A DNA stretch of 64,000 nucleotides, from NCBI GenBank assembly GCA_963977015.1, contig CAXBMO010000015.1:1-64000 (forward strand), given 5' to 3'. This document shows, piece after piece, positions 55,181 through 64,000 of this stretch (the first letter of the stretch is position 1; each line of letters opens with the position of its first letter). Made by a program: the position numbers and the translations under genes. The notes under the pieces are model-generated. The model was not told the origin of the DNA. It worked only from the letters and a program-made list of their open reading frames with translations, and ran no database searches. Source of the DNA: an uncultured bacterium. GTDB taxonomy: Bacteria > Verrucomicrobiota > Verrucomicrobiia > Verrucomicrobiales > DEV007.

Positions 55181-56710
55181 ATGGACAATCCTTTTCGTGA
55201 ATTCCTTGTCTCGCGCAACGCTCCCGAGCCTTGCACAATCGTCATCTTCGGCGCCACCGGCGACTTGACGCACCGCAAACTAATCCCGGCGCTCTACAAC
55301 ATGCATTCCGCGGGAGATCTTCCGGCCGGAACCCGCGTGATCGGATTTGCCCGCCGTGAGAAATCGCACGAGCAATTTCGAACTGAGTTGGCGGAGATGA
55401 ACCGAAAGGTTTCCCGCAGTGGTCACAGCGAGGATGACTGGAACCTTTTCGCGAACTCGATTTTTTATCACCAAAGCGAGTTTCAGGATGAAAGCGGCTA
55501 TCAGGGCCTCTCCACGTTTTTGGCCGAATTGGAGAAGGACTGTGCGAATCCACCCAACCGCCTCTACTACCTCGCCAGCGCGCCGGAATTCTTTGACGAC
55601 ATCCTCGAGAAAATGCGCGTTACCGGCCTCAACGAGACTTCCGGGAACGGTTGGGCGCGTGTCGTGGTGGAAAAACCATTCGGAACGGACCTGAAGACCG
55701 CACAGCGTCTCAACTCGATCGTTAACGCGACGTTCGACGAAAAGGACACCTACCGGATCGATCACTACCTCGGGAAAGAGACGGCGCAAAACATCATGGT
55801 GCTTCGCTTCGCGAACGCCATTTTTGAGCCGATCTGGAACAATCGGCACATCGATCACGTCCAGATTACCTGCGCCGAAAACCTGGGAATGGAAGGCGGA
55901 CGCGGCGGCTACTACGACACCGCCGGCGCTCTCCGCGACATGGTTCAAAACCACCTGCTTCAGCTGTTCAGCCTGATTGCGATGGAACCTCCGGTCGACC
56001 TCAGCGCAGACGGCATTCGTGACGAAAAGGTGAAGGTGATCAAATCGCTTCGCCCGATGGAAGGCCGGGTCGGGGAGAACGCGGTTCGCGCCCAATATAC
56101 CGAAGGCACGATTCTTGGGGAAGTGGTTCCCGGTTATCGCCAGGAAGACCGGATCGCTCCCAATTCCATGACGGAACCCTATGTCGCGCTGCGTTTGCAA
56201 ATCCAGAACTGGCGCTGGGAAGGCGTCCCGTTTTACATGCGCATGGGCAAACGGCTCCCTAAAAAGGTCACCGAGATTTCCATTCACTTTAAAGAGCCGC
56301 CGGGCGTCCTCTTCAGCCATTTCCCGGTTACGGCTCGAGAGAACGTCCTCACGATCCGAATTCAACCGGACGAAGGCATCTCGCTCCGGATGCTTTCGAA
56401 AATTCCCGGTCCGTCCATTCGGATGGAACCCGTGAAGATGGATTTTCACTATTCGAGTTCGTTTGGAAAGGCGAGTCCCGAAGCTTACGAGCGGCTGTTG
56501 CTCGATGCGATGGCGGGCGATGCGACTTTGTTCGCCCGGCGCGACGAAGTGGAGAACGCCTGGCACTTCATTGATCAAATCGAACACGGCTGGCATGGCG
56601 TCGACGAAACGCTCCAACCGCCCATGGCCGAATATCCCGCCGGAACCTGGGGACCGACGGAAGCAGACGAACTTCTTCATCGCGATGGACGACGCTGGCG
56701 CCGGTTATAA
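55181..56710 (+). CDS. zwf: Glucose-6-phosphate 1-dehydrogenase
   Basis: GATGDL, EKPFG, RIDHYLGKE and RDMVQNHLLQ. Confidence 0.98.
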   Translation: MDNPFREFLVSRNAPEPCTIVIFGATGDLTHRKLIPALYNMHSAGDLPAGTRVIGFARREKSHEQFRTELAEMNRKVSRSGHSEDDWNLFANSIFYHQSEFQDESGYQGLSTFLAELEKDCANPPNRLYYLASAPEFFDDILEKMRVTGLNETSGNGWARVVVEKPFGTDLKTAQRLNSIVNATFDEKDTYRIDHYLGKETAQNIMVLRFANAIFEPIWNNRHIDHVQITCAENLGMEGGRGGYYDTAGALRDMVQNHLLQLFSLIAMEPPVDLSADGIRDEKVKVIKSLRPMEGRVGENAVRAQYTEGTILGEVVPGYRQEDRIAPNSMTEPYVALRLQIQNWRWEGVPFYMRMGKRLPKKVTEISIHFKEPPGVLFSHFPVTARENVLTIRIQPDEGISLRMLSKIPGPSIRMEPVKMDFHYSSSFGKASPEAYERLLLDAMAGDATLFARRDEVENAWHFIDQIEHGWHGVDETLQPPMAEYPAGTWGPTEADELLHRDGRRWRRL

Positions 56711-56713
56711 ACC

Positions 56714-57829
56714 ATGAATCCAGAATCTCTCATCACCCCGGAGCTCAACCAGAAGCTCGAGTCCGGTGCTCTCGGCAAGCCGGTGGCACTCGAAAAAATT
56801 ACGTTGGAACTGGAGGCGTTCTTTGGCGACGACGAGATGATGACTCGCGCTTCGCTGATGAACTTTGCGGTTTTCAGCGAGTCACCCGAGTGCCTGATCG
56901 AGAATCACGAGCTGATTCGAGATATCACCCGCAGTCACGCCTGTCGCGCCCTGCTTATTTGTGTCGCGCCCCACGAAACGGAGAATCGAGTCCGAGCGTG
57001 GATTGAGGCCCTTTGCGAACTCAATGATCGGGGAGGCAAAATGGTCTGCTCCGAGCAGGTCTCGTTTTTGCTCGAAGGCACCAGCCGGGATTCGCTTTCC
57101 AGTCTGGTGTTTTCCCACCTTCGTTCGGACTTGCCTTTGGTGGCGTGGTGGAAGGGCGAATTGAGCGAGTATTTTCAAAAGGGGCTCTATAGCCGGATTG
57201 ACCGTCTCATCGTGGACAGCAACCGGTGGACCGATCCGAGAAAACAATTCCAGATTCTCGCCGAAGCCCATCAAGCCAAGGGCAATCAATTCGACGAAGC
57301 CGGCAAGAGCCAGTTCCTGATCCACGATCTGGCCTACACCCGCGGCCATCAGCATCGGCGAGCGATTGCGCACGTATTTGATGATCCTCGTTGGTTGAAG
57401 GAGCTCGATTCGATTTCTGAAGTTGAGGTCAACTACGCGAATCCTCATCGGACCGCGGCGCTCTACTGGGCGGCATGGCTCGTAGCCCAACTCCAGGCGT
57501 CGCTGGTATCCAAGGAGAATGACGAGTTTCAATACGACTCAAACGGAAAGGCGCTTCGCCTGCGCTTGTCTGAAACGACTGACTCGGAAAGCGATCGCTT
57601 TTTCTCTTCCATTCGGCTCGTCAGCGCAATTGGCGAAATCCTCATCACTCCCAACGAGGATCCCCGGTTTCTCTCGCTCGTCGCCAAACTCGGTGGCTCC
57701 GTCACTCTCGATGAGTTGTTTCCCGCGACTCAGGGAACCGATGCGGATCTGGTGAGTGAGATTCTGATGCGGGGAGGCAGAAACCTGCTTTTGCGGAAGG
57801 TGCTCCCCAAACTCCGCGAAATGCTCTAG
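56714..57829 (+). CDS. opcA: G6PD assembly/activator protein OpcA
   Basis: Directly follows zwf; RASLMN, HACRA, VCSEQV, DLPLVAWW, RLIVDS and DLAYTR. Confidence 0.8.
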   Translation: MNPESLITPELNQKLESGALGKPVALEKITLELEAFFGDDEMMTRASLMNFAVFSESPECLIENHELIRDITRSHACRALLICVAPHETENRVRAWIEALCELNDRGGKMVCSEQVSFLLEGTSRDSLSSLVFSHLRSDLPLVAWWKGELSEYFQKGLYSRIDRLIVDSNRWTDPRKQFQILAEAHQAKGNQFDEAGKSQFLIHDLAYTRGHQHRRAIAHVFDDPRWLKELDSISEVEVNYANPHRTAALYWAAWLVAQLQASLVSKENDEFQYDSNGKALRLRLSETTDSESDRFFSSIRLVSAIGEILITPNEDPRFLSLVAKLGGSVTLDELFPATQGTDADLVSEILMRGGRNLLLRKVLPKLREML

Positions 57830-58132
57830 CTCGAAAAACGGTCTCGCCGAAAACTGCCCATTTTTCGCATGCCTGCGAATATCAGGCGGATATTTTCCCA
57901 TTCATGAGTCGAAATCGCGTTAAATTGCGAGATTAAGTCATATTTTTCATAAAAACTGCGTTTTATAGTTGAGAAAATTCTAAAATGATGGAATCTATAT
58001 TCATCACGAGCGAGACACGGTGAGACGATCCCAACGCTCCTACGAATTTCCCAATTTTGTGAGAACCATAGTTATTGTTTGTTTATTTGTTTTCAGTTTG
58101 AGTGAGTAGCTAACTGAGTGAGTGACTGGATT

Positions 58133-58160
58133 AGGGCCGACAGATTTCTGTCGGCCCTTT
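58133..58160 (+). terminator. Terminator-like hairpin in the long opcA/EF-hand intergenic region
   Basis: AGGGCCGACAG-ATTT-CTGTCGGCCCT perfect 11-bp stem followed by a short T-run. Confidence 0.6.
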
Positions 58161-58239
58161 CCATGTACCGAAAACGCGCTTTCTCGTTTTCTTGAAACTA
58201 ATGTAACGGGCCGGGGTTGATATCGTCTGAAAATCCAAG

Positions 58240-58950
58240 ATGAAAATCATGACAAAAAATCTTCTGATTGTTGCAGCTTCGGCGGCAGGACTGACTCTCG
58301 GCTTTGCTGAGGGCGATGGTAAAAAACCAGAGCGTGGGCCGGGAGGAGGAAACCCTCTCAAGGCACTCGACACCGATGGCGACGGAGCCATTTCCAAAGC
58401 TGAAGCGGGTGACAAATGGGAGCGCATGGGCAAACTCGACAAGAACGGTGACGGCTCCATCACGGCAGACGAGATGCCGAAACGAGGTCCAGGGGGACCA
58501 GGTGGTGATCGCCGCGGAATGATGGAGAAGATGTTTGAGCACATGGACAAAGACCAAGACGGCAAAATCACTCAGGCAGAAGCTGGAGAGCGCTGGGAGC
58601 GTCTCGGAAAACTCGACAAAGACGGCGACGGAGCGGTGGCGAAGTCTGAAATCCCCCAAGGTCCTGGACCAGGCGGTCCTGGTGGCCCTGGCGGTCGCGG
58701 CGATCTCTTCGCCAAAGCTGACAAGGACCAGAATGGTCAGTTGACCGAAGACGAAGTTCCTGCGGAAGCATGGGCCAAGATCTCCAAAGCCGATGCCAAC
58801 AGCGATGGCGCGGTCACCAAGGAAGAGATGGCAGCAGCTCGCTCGAAAGCCGGCGGACCTGGCGGAAAAGGCCCAGGAAAAGGAAACGCCGACGCTGGAA
58901 GCGGCAAAAAGCCATCCCGTCCTCCACTCGAAGAAGACGCAGCATCCTAA
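58240..58950 (+). CDS. Secreted EF-hand protein with six EF-hand loops and Gly/Pro linkers
   Basis: DTDGDGAISKAE, DKNGDGSITADE, DKDQDGKITQAE, DKDGDGAVAKSE, DKDQNGQLTEDE and DANSDGAVTKEE. Confidence 0.9.
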   Translation: MKIMTKNLLIVAASAAGLTLGFAEGDGKKPERGPGGGNPLKALDTDGDGAISKAEAGDKWERMGKLDKNGDGSITADEMPKRGPGGPGGDRRGMMEKMFEHMDKDQDGKITQAEAGERWERLGKLDKDGDGAVAKSEIPQGPGPGGPGGPGGRGDLFAKADKDQNGQLTEDEVPAEAWAKISKADANSDGAVTKEEMAAARSKAGGPGGKGPGKGNADAGSGKKPSRPPLEEDAAS

Positions 58951-58978
58951 GTTCAACCTCACCCACCCATTTTTTCAG

Positions 58979-59011
58979 AAAAGGTCGCCTGGATACCCGG
59001 GCGGCCTTTTT
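58979..59011 (+). terminator. Rho-independent terminator
   Basis: AAAAGGTCGCCTGG-ATAC-CCGGGCGGCCTTTTT (G-U pairs in the stem). Confidence 0.8.
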
Positions 59012-59083
59012 CTTTGCGCGCGAGAGGCGGATTCCCTCCGGCGATTTCCTGTTCTCCTCATCAAATCAACGGTATGTTCCCGC

Positions 59084-59539
59084 ATGAAATCAACCCTCGC
59101 ACTCTGTGTCGTCCTCGGGCTGCTCTCGACCATTTCCACCTATGCGGATCAATTAGCCTACATTTCCAAAGCTGATGCCGAGCGAGCTGCCGAACACATT
59201 CAAGATCAGCAACTCATCATTACCTATTGCTCCCTCTGCGACAATGAACCCGTCGAACTGTGGCACGTTCAGGAGACCAAAGTCGCCCACACCGGCTACG
59301 AGAACTACTTTGAAGTGATCGTCAAAGCCCGCCGAATTCTCACGTCCGCCCGGGTCTTCAATAGCGGAGAATACACAGAACCGGTCGAGCTCGACTATGT
59401 CGGCCATCCCGAATCCGCGCTCGAAGAATTGAAGCTCGATTTGGCCTACGTCTATACCGCTTCCGACGGTGCCTGGCTCTGCGTTGGCAAGCTTCTCGAA
59501 ATGGACTGCGAAATTTTGGTCGAGAAAATCCGGCTATGA
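59084..59539 (+). CDS. Secreted hypothetical protein with CxxC
   Basis: Signal peptide, then DQLAYI..YCSLC..DLAYVY..C..C. Confidence 0.7.
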   Translation: MKSTLALCVVLGLLSTISTYADQLAYISKADAERAAEHIQDQQLIITYCSLCDNEPVELWHVQETKVAHTGYENYFEVIVKARRILTSARVFNSGEYTEPVELDYVGHPESALEELKLDLAYVYTASDGAWLCVGKLLEMDCEILVEKIRL

Positions 59540-62128
59540 ACTTTCCACCCGGCTCATCCGGACCAGATCGCTCATCACAATCGCGGTAATCACCGCCGAA
59601 TAAGTGCCGCCTGATTTCTGGGCAGTTTCATGAATCTGCTGCACGATTTTCGCGTCATCGACGGTCAGCGGACGGCCCAGTGCAAACTGAGTCAACTTCC
59701 ACGTTAGGCTTTCCCGCACCCGGTCGCTCTTCGCCAGCAGATCCATCAACTCCGCCGATGTCTCGTAGCTTACCGGCGACTCCGCGCCCGGAAAGAGAAT
59801 CTCGCCGTCGTCGCGCAACGGGTTTCCATGGTGATCCTTTTCGTGATACGCGCCAATTCCGTCGAACTTCTCCAAGCCAAAGGCAAGCGGTTCAAACCGG
59901 GCGTGACAGCCGCCACAACTGACGTTGGCAATGCGTTGCTCGGCCACGTTGCGATGCGTGAGACCTTCCTTCGTCGGCACCGGTGCGACGTTCAATCCTG
60001 GAGGCGGTTCCTTGACACTGCCGCGCAGAAGATCGTGCAGCACAAAGAGACCACGCGTCACCATGGAAGCTTCGTCGCCACCGATCGTGAGAATACTGCC
60101 CTGCGTGAGCAATCCACCACGCGCCGGAATCGACGCCAACTCATAACGGGCAAGCTCGGCACCCTGAGATTCCAAGCCGTAGTGCCGGGCCAATCTCCCG
60201 GAAGCGAAGGTGACTTGCGCGTTCAGCAGATCCGCCAGCGGACGATTTTGCTTCCAGACAATCTCTTCAAAAAACGCGAGCGTTTCGTTTTGCATGTCCG
60301 CCGCCAATTCCGCACTCCACTTGGGAAACATTTTGGCATTCGGCTGCAAGTGATTAAGGCGATCCAGATCGAGCCATTGCGAAACGAACTGGCGGGACTG
60401 ACGAATCGCTCTCGGGCTCTTCAGCATCCGCTCAACTTGACTCGAAAGCGTCGCCGAATCCGTCAGCTCACCGTTTTGGGCCGACACCAACAGCGCCTGA
60501 TCCGGTGGTCCTCCCCAAACAATGTAGCTGAGTCGTGAAGCCAGCTCGAAGTCGTCAACCATTCCGCCAGACCGCTGATTCTCGATGCGATAGATGAACC
60601 GCGGCGATTGCAACATCGCCTCCAGCACATAACTCATCGCCTCGTCAAAATCGCCACCCGCCGCGGAGACGGTCGTCGCGATTCCTCGAAACGCGTTCAG
60701 CTCAAAACTCTCGACCGGCCCCCGCAAAAGCAATCTTCCCATGTTCTCCAACAACGGACGCATGGGTCTGTCTTCCATACTTCGGCTGCGCCCAAACTTC
60801 GCCACAAACCCGGCGACATCCATTTGCCTGACAATGATGCCGGCCAGTTGCGCATACGCATCCACGTGTTTCAGGTCAACATTCAGGTTGTACGCCGTGT
60901 TGGCAAAGCCGTCGGTTCGCACATCCGGAGGAAGCAACTCCAAGGCTTCCTGCCGAATATCAACACCCACCGTATGCTGAACCGTCTCGATGTATTCGTC
61001 TCGAGTCAGGCGCTGAACCCAGACCTGGCCGCTGGCGCCGTCGTGCTCGTAGATCGCCGGATCGATTGTTTCCAGCGTCCATGGCGCTCCGGCCAAAATC
61101 CATTCCTTGATCAACTGCTTCTCCTCGGAACTCAGGGGATCCCGTTCGTCCGGCATGTCATCGTGTTCGATCTCCTGCCAAATCGCGCTCTTTTCCAGAT
61201 TCCCCGGGACCAGCGCCGGACCACCTTTTCCACCGGCCAGTGCCATTGCCTTTCGAGACAGATCCAGCTTCCCTTTGCGAATGCCGGAATCGTGACATTC
61301 CAGACAATGTTGGGAAAGGAGCGGCGCAATCTGGTGTTCGAACAACTCCGCACCTGGATCCGGACCGCGATTCACCAGCTGCCCTTCATCGATTTCCGAC
61401 GTTGGTCCTGCTTTGAAGCGATTGACAATCTCCGGCCCTTCCAGTTCGCGACTGTAGACGGCCACCCGATAAAAGGTTCCCAGCCACGGCCGGTCCTTGC
61501 TGAGTTCGTTCGCCAAAGCCAGTTGAAAGTTTCCGTCCCAGTTCCGGAGATCCCCGGAAACCTGCTTTTCGACATTCCGTTTCCCGTTCACGAAAATTCG
61601 AGCCTTGCCGTCCCGATTCCGCGTGTAAACAACGTGGGTCAGCTTGGTGGTTACCTGCCCCGAACCGGATGAAACCGACGGCATCCCATTCTTGCTCGTC
61701 TTGCTGCTTCGAAGCCGCACGTCCAAACGATCTTTCTCCTGACCCAGCGTCAGGTTCCGTTCGCTACTGTTTCGCGAAATGGTGAGAATTCGCGCCGGAC
61801 CTTCCTGCCTGGTGTTGTCGGGTTTGATCCAGACTTCGATCGAAATTTCGCCGCTCTTGCCAACTGCCTCACGAACCTTGTCGGGCTTTCGCTCACTTCG
61901 AATGAGGGTTTTTCCGGTGACTTCGAGCGAGCCGACCCGCCGTTGAACCATTTTGGGATTGTCGATCTTCAAGTCGATTGGCTGACCAACTCCGGAACGA
62001 TCATAGACCACGTCGCCAGAGGCGGCGGCAAAGTCGTAGAGAACAATTGGCCCGGATTCTTCCGCAAATCCGCGAATCGCAAAACAGAGGCAGAGAAGAA
62101 AGAGGGAAGGGGACGACTTCGACGGCAT
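59534..62128 (-). CDS. LamG + Planctomycete cytochrome c + DUF1587/1592/1588/1585-type protein
   Basis: LamG-like HVVYT..FVNG; CLECH; RLTRDEY; FELASRLSY..PPD; RGGLLTQ; CGGCH..GLEKFDGIG. Confidence 0.85.
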   Translation of the reverse strand: MPSKSSPSLFLLCLCFAIRGFAEESGPIVLYDFAAASGDVVYDRSGVGQPIDLKIDNPKMVQRRVGSLEVTGKTLIRSERKPDKVREAVGKSGEISIEVWIKPDNTRQEGPARILTISRNSSERNLTLGQEKDRLDVRLRSSKTSKNGMPSVSSGSGQVTTKLTHVVYTRNRDGKARIFVNGKRNVEKQVSGDLRNWDGNFQLALANELSKDRPWLGTFYRVAVYSRELEGPEIVNRFKAGPTSEIDEGQLVNRGPDPGAELFEHQIAPLLSQHCLECHDSGIRKGKLDLSRKAMALAGGKGGPALVPGNLEKSAIWQEIEHDDMPDERDPLSSEEKQLIKEWILAGAPWTLETIDPAIYEHDGASGQVWVQRLTRDEYIETVQHTVGVDIRQEALELLPPDVRTDGFANTAYNLNVDLKHVDAYAQLAGIIVRQMDVAGFVAKFGRSRSMEDRPMRPLLENMGRLLLRGPVESFELNAFRGIATTVSAAGGDFDEAMSYVLEAMLQSPRFIYRIENQRSGGMVDDFELASRLSYIVWGGPPDQALLVSAQNGELTDSATLSSQVERMLKSPRAIRQSRQFVSQWLDLDRLNHLQPNAKMFPKWSAELAADMQNETLAFFEEIVWKQNRPLADLLNAQVTFASGRLARHYGLESQGAELARYELASIPARGGLLTQGSILTIGGDEASMVTRGLFVLHDLLRGSVKEPPPGLNVAPVPTKEGLTHRNVAEQRIANVSCGGCHARFEPLAFGLEKFDGIGAYHEKDHHGNPLRDDGEILFPGAESPVSYETSAELMDLLAKSDRVRESLTWKLTQFALGRPLTVDDAKIVQQIHETAQKSGGTYSAVITAIVMSDLVRMSRVESS

Positions 62129-62208
62129 GAAGGGTTTGTCACCCGCAATTCCCGGAGGTTCGAAATTCGGCTGGCTGAAGTCCGGCTGTCAGACGTAATT
62201 GACCTGAA

Positions 62209-63108
62209 ATGAAGATCGGAATCACGGGAATACGCGGTTACATCGGATCAAGCCTGGCTCGGGCATGTCGCACTGCCGGTCACACGGTCGTCGGGTTTTC
62301 GCGATCAACGAACGCGGCGAGTCCGGAAGCGGATGAGATGCGGGTTCTCCGCGACGGGGAAGGAGACTTGAGCGGGCTCGATGCGTTGGTCCTCCTTGGT
62401 CACGAACCGATCTTTGGAATCTGGACGCCGGAAAAGGCGAAACGCGTTTGGAACAGCCGGGTCGAAACCACGGAAAAACTTCGAAACACCCTGGAAAAAC
62501 TGGATGCGGCGGAAAGGCCCGGCGTTTTGGTTTCCGCATCGGGCATCGCGATTTACGGCGATCGCGGTGATGAGTGGCTGAGCGAAGAGGCCGGAAAAGG
62601 GAAACGCGAATACTTCACCGATCTAACGGAAGCCTGGGAACGCGAAGTGCTGTTGGCTGAAAAACTGGGCGTCCGTCCCGTTTGCGCCCGAATTGGTGTG
62701 GTGCTGGGCAAAGACAGCCCGGCCTGCAATCTCTTCGGCAAGGTCTTCGGGATGGGCCTGGGCGGCAAACTCGGCAGCGGGCGGCAATGGTTTAGCTGGA
62801 TCGGGAGTCAGGATCTCACGCAAATGCTGTTTCGCGCAATCGAAGACTCCAGCATTTCCGGTCCCATCAACTGCGTCAGCCCAAATCCGGTTCGCAACGC
62901 GGAAATGACCCACTTGATCGGCAAGACGCTCAACCGGCCCACCCTGATTCCGGCGCCTGCATTCGGCGTGAAACTTGCGTTTCGAGAGTTGTCGCAGGCT
63001 CTCCTTTCGAGCCAACGGGTCGACCCTGCATTTTGGAAAGGGCGCGACTTCGAATGGGAGGTCGATTCGATCGAAACCGCCTTTGCCGAGGCATTCGGAA
63101 AGGCCTGA
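62209..63108 (+). CDS. TIGR01777 (YfcH-like) NAD-dependent epimerase family protein
   Basis: ITGIRGYIG, SRVETT, RIGVVL, GLGGKLGSGRQWFSWI and GPINCVSP. Confidence 0.9.
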   Translation: MKIGITGIRGYIGSSLARACRTAGHTVVGFSRSTNAASPEADEMRVLRDGEGDLSGLDALVLLGHEPIFGIWTPEKAKRVWNSRVETTEKLRNTLEKLDAAERPGVLVSASGIAIYGDRGDEWLSEEAGKGKREYFTDLTEAWEREVLLAEKLGVRPVCARIGVVLGKDSPACNLFGKVFGMGLGGKLGSGRQWFSWIGSQDLTQMLFRAIEDSSISGPINCVSPNPVRNAEMTHLIGKTLNRPTLIPAPAFGVKLAFRELSQALLSSQRVDPAFWKGRDFEWEVDSIETAFAEAFGKA

Positions 63109-63111
63109 TCC

Positions 63112-63489
63112 TCAGCCAATGTGGGCGCAATAGGACGCCACATCCATCAAGTGATCCAACGCGTCATCACCGCTCACTTTGATCTTGAACATCCAGCCCT
63201 CGCCGAACGGATCGGTATTCACTTTGGCGGGATCTTCGCCCGTCGCCTCGTTGACCTCGACGACTTCACCGGCGACCGGAGCGTAAATGTCGCTCGCTGA
63301 CTTCACGGACTCGATCACCGCGACCTCTTCTCCAGCTTCCACGACCTTGCCAACTTCCGGCAACTCCAGATAAACGATGTCCGTTAGTTCCGCCTGGGCG
63401 TGATCCGTGATTCCTACGGTGACAATATCGCCTTCGAGGCGAGCCCATTCGTGGGACGTAGCGTATTTGAGTTCGTCGGGAACATTCAT
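63112..63489 (-). CDS. gcvH: Glycine cleavage system H protein
   Basis: HEW, VGITDHAQ, ESVK lipoyl-Lys motif and NTDPFGEGW. Confidence 0.96.
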   Translation of the reverse strand: MNVPDELKYATSHEWARLEGDIVTVGITDHAQAELTDIVYLELPEVGKVVEAGEEVAVIESVKSASDIYAPVAGEVVEVNEATGEDPAKVNTDPFGEGWMFKIKVSGDDALDHLMDVASYCAHIG

Positions 63490-63569
63490 GCTAGGAACGA
63501 ATGGAGCGGGATGGGAACGAATTCAAATCGAACCTGCCATTGGCCGAAAATCGGCTCGCTCCCTTCCGG

Positions 63570-63980
63570 TCACCCAACCCAGATAAATTCGACGGGGATT
63601 TCGATATCGTGGAGCAGGCTTTGATGAACCGGACAGGTCAACGCCGCTTTCTCCAGGGCTTTGGCTCTGGGATGGTCCGAGGGGAGGGGAATCTCGATTT
63701 CGACCTCCAGTCTGGCGATGCGGCGGGGCGGATCGGTCTTCATGATCTTGCGGACTTTCGCCGTCATCCCTACCAAGTCGATTTCGTGCTGCTGAGCATA
63801 GATCCCCATCACGGTTTGCATGCAGGAGCCCAGTGCCGTCGCCACCAGATCGGTCGGTGAAAAGCTCTCGCCTTTCCCGTGATTGTCGACGGGCGCATCG
63901 GTGAAGAGCTTTTCGCCGGATGGACCATGGGTAGCGGTGGTTCGCAAATCACCGTCGTAGGAAAATTGGATTTCTACCAT
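63570..63980 (-). CDS. OsmC family protein
   Basis: TDAPVDNHGKGESFSPTDL..LGSC and CPVHQSL. Confidence 0.92.
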   Translation of the reverse strand: MVEIQFSYDGDLRTTATHGPSGEKLFTDAPVDNHGKGESFSPTDLVATALGSCMQTVMGIYAQQHEIDLVGMTAKVRKIMKTDPPRRIARLEVEIEIPLPSDHPRAKALEKAALTCPVHQSLLHDIEIPVEFIWVG

Positions 63981-64000
63981 GCGTGAACGGTAGGACAATC

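Overview
A 64 kb stretch of bacterial chromosome, most likely Verrucomicrobiota (PVC superphylum). This is inferred from RNase HIII, Planctomycete-type cytochrome c proteins, a DUF1592/DUF1588 protein, a sulfatase, tandem PilT genes, zwf-opcA and a Verrucomicrobia-like SOS box. Four parS palindromes (682, 2722, 4634, 18581) suggest the window lies near the replication origin, although no oriC is visible. Much of the window is housekeeping: gmhB, ribD, recA, alaS, manC, cysE, HU, rnhC, mutY, lpdA, xerD, kdgK, holA, zwf, opcA and gcvH. The most interesting signals are: (1) a lone AAA-ATPase/winged-helix gene bracketed by two related 49-bp palindromic elements with 10-bp-phased heptamers; (2) an accessory-looking envelope cluster at 29.3-41 kb containing a DUF318-permease/FG-GAP/ASPIC-UnbV fusion, an SdpA/SdpB-like (DUF5819-like + HTTM) pair, a Thr-rich secreted protein and a prepilin; (3) parS sites embedded in coding sequence and beside the recA SOS box; (4) a degenerate IF-1 paralog heading a yqjD/E/K-like cluster, divergent from a stand-alone HisKA-like protein. 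No rRNA, tRNA, CRISPR array, transposase or prophage was recognised. All family assignments come from motifs read by eye, not from database searches.
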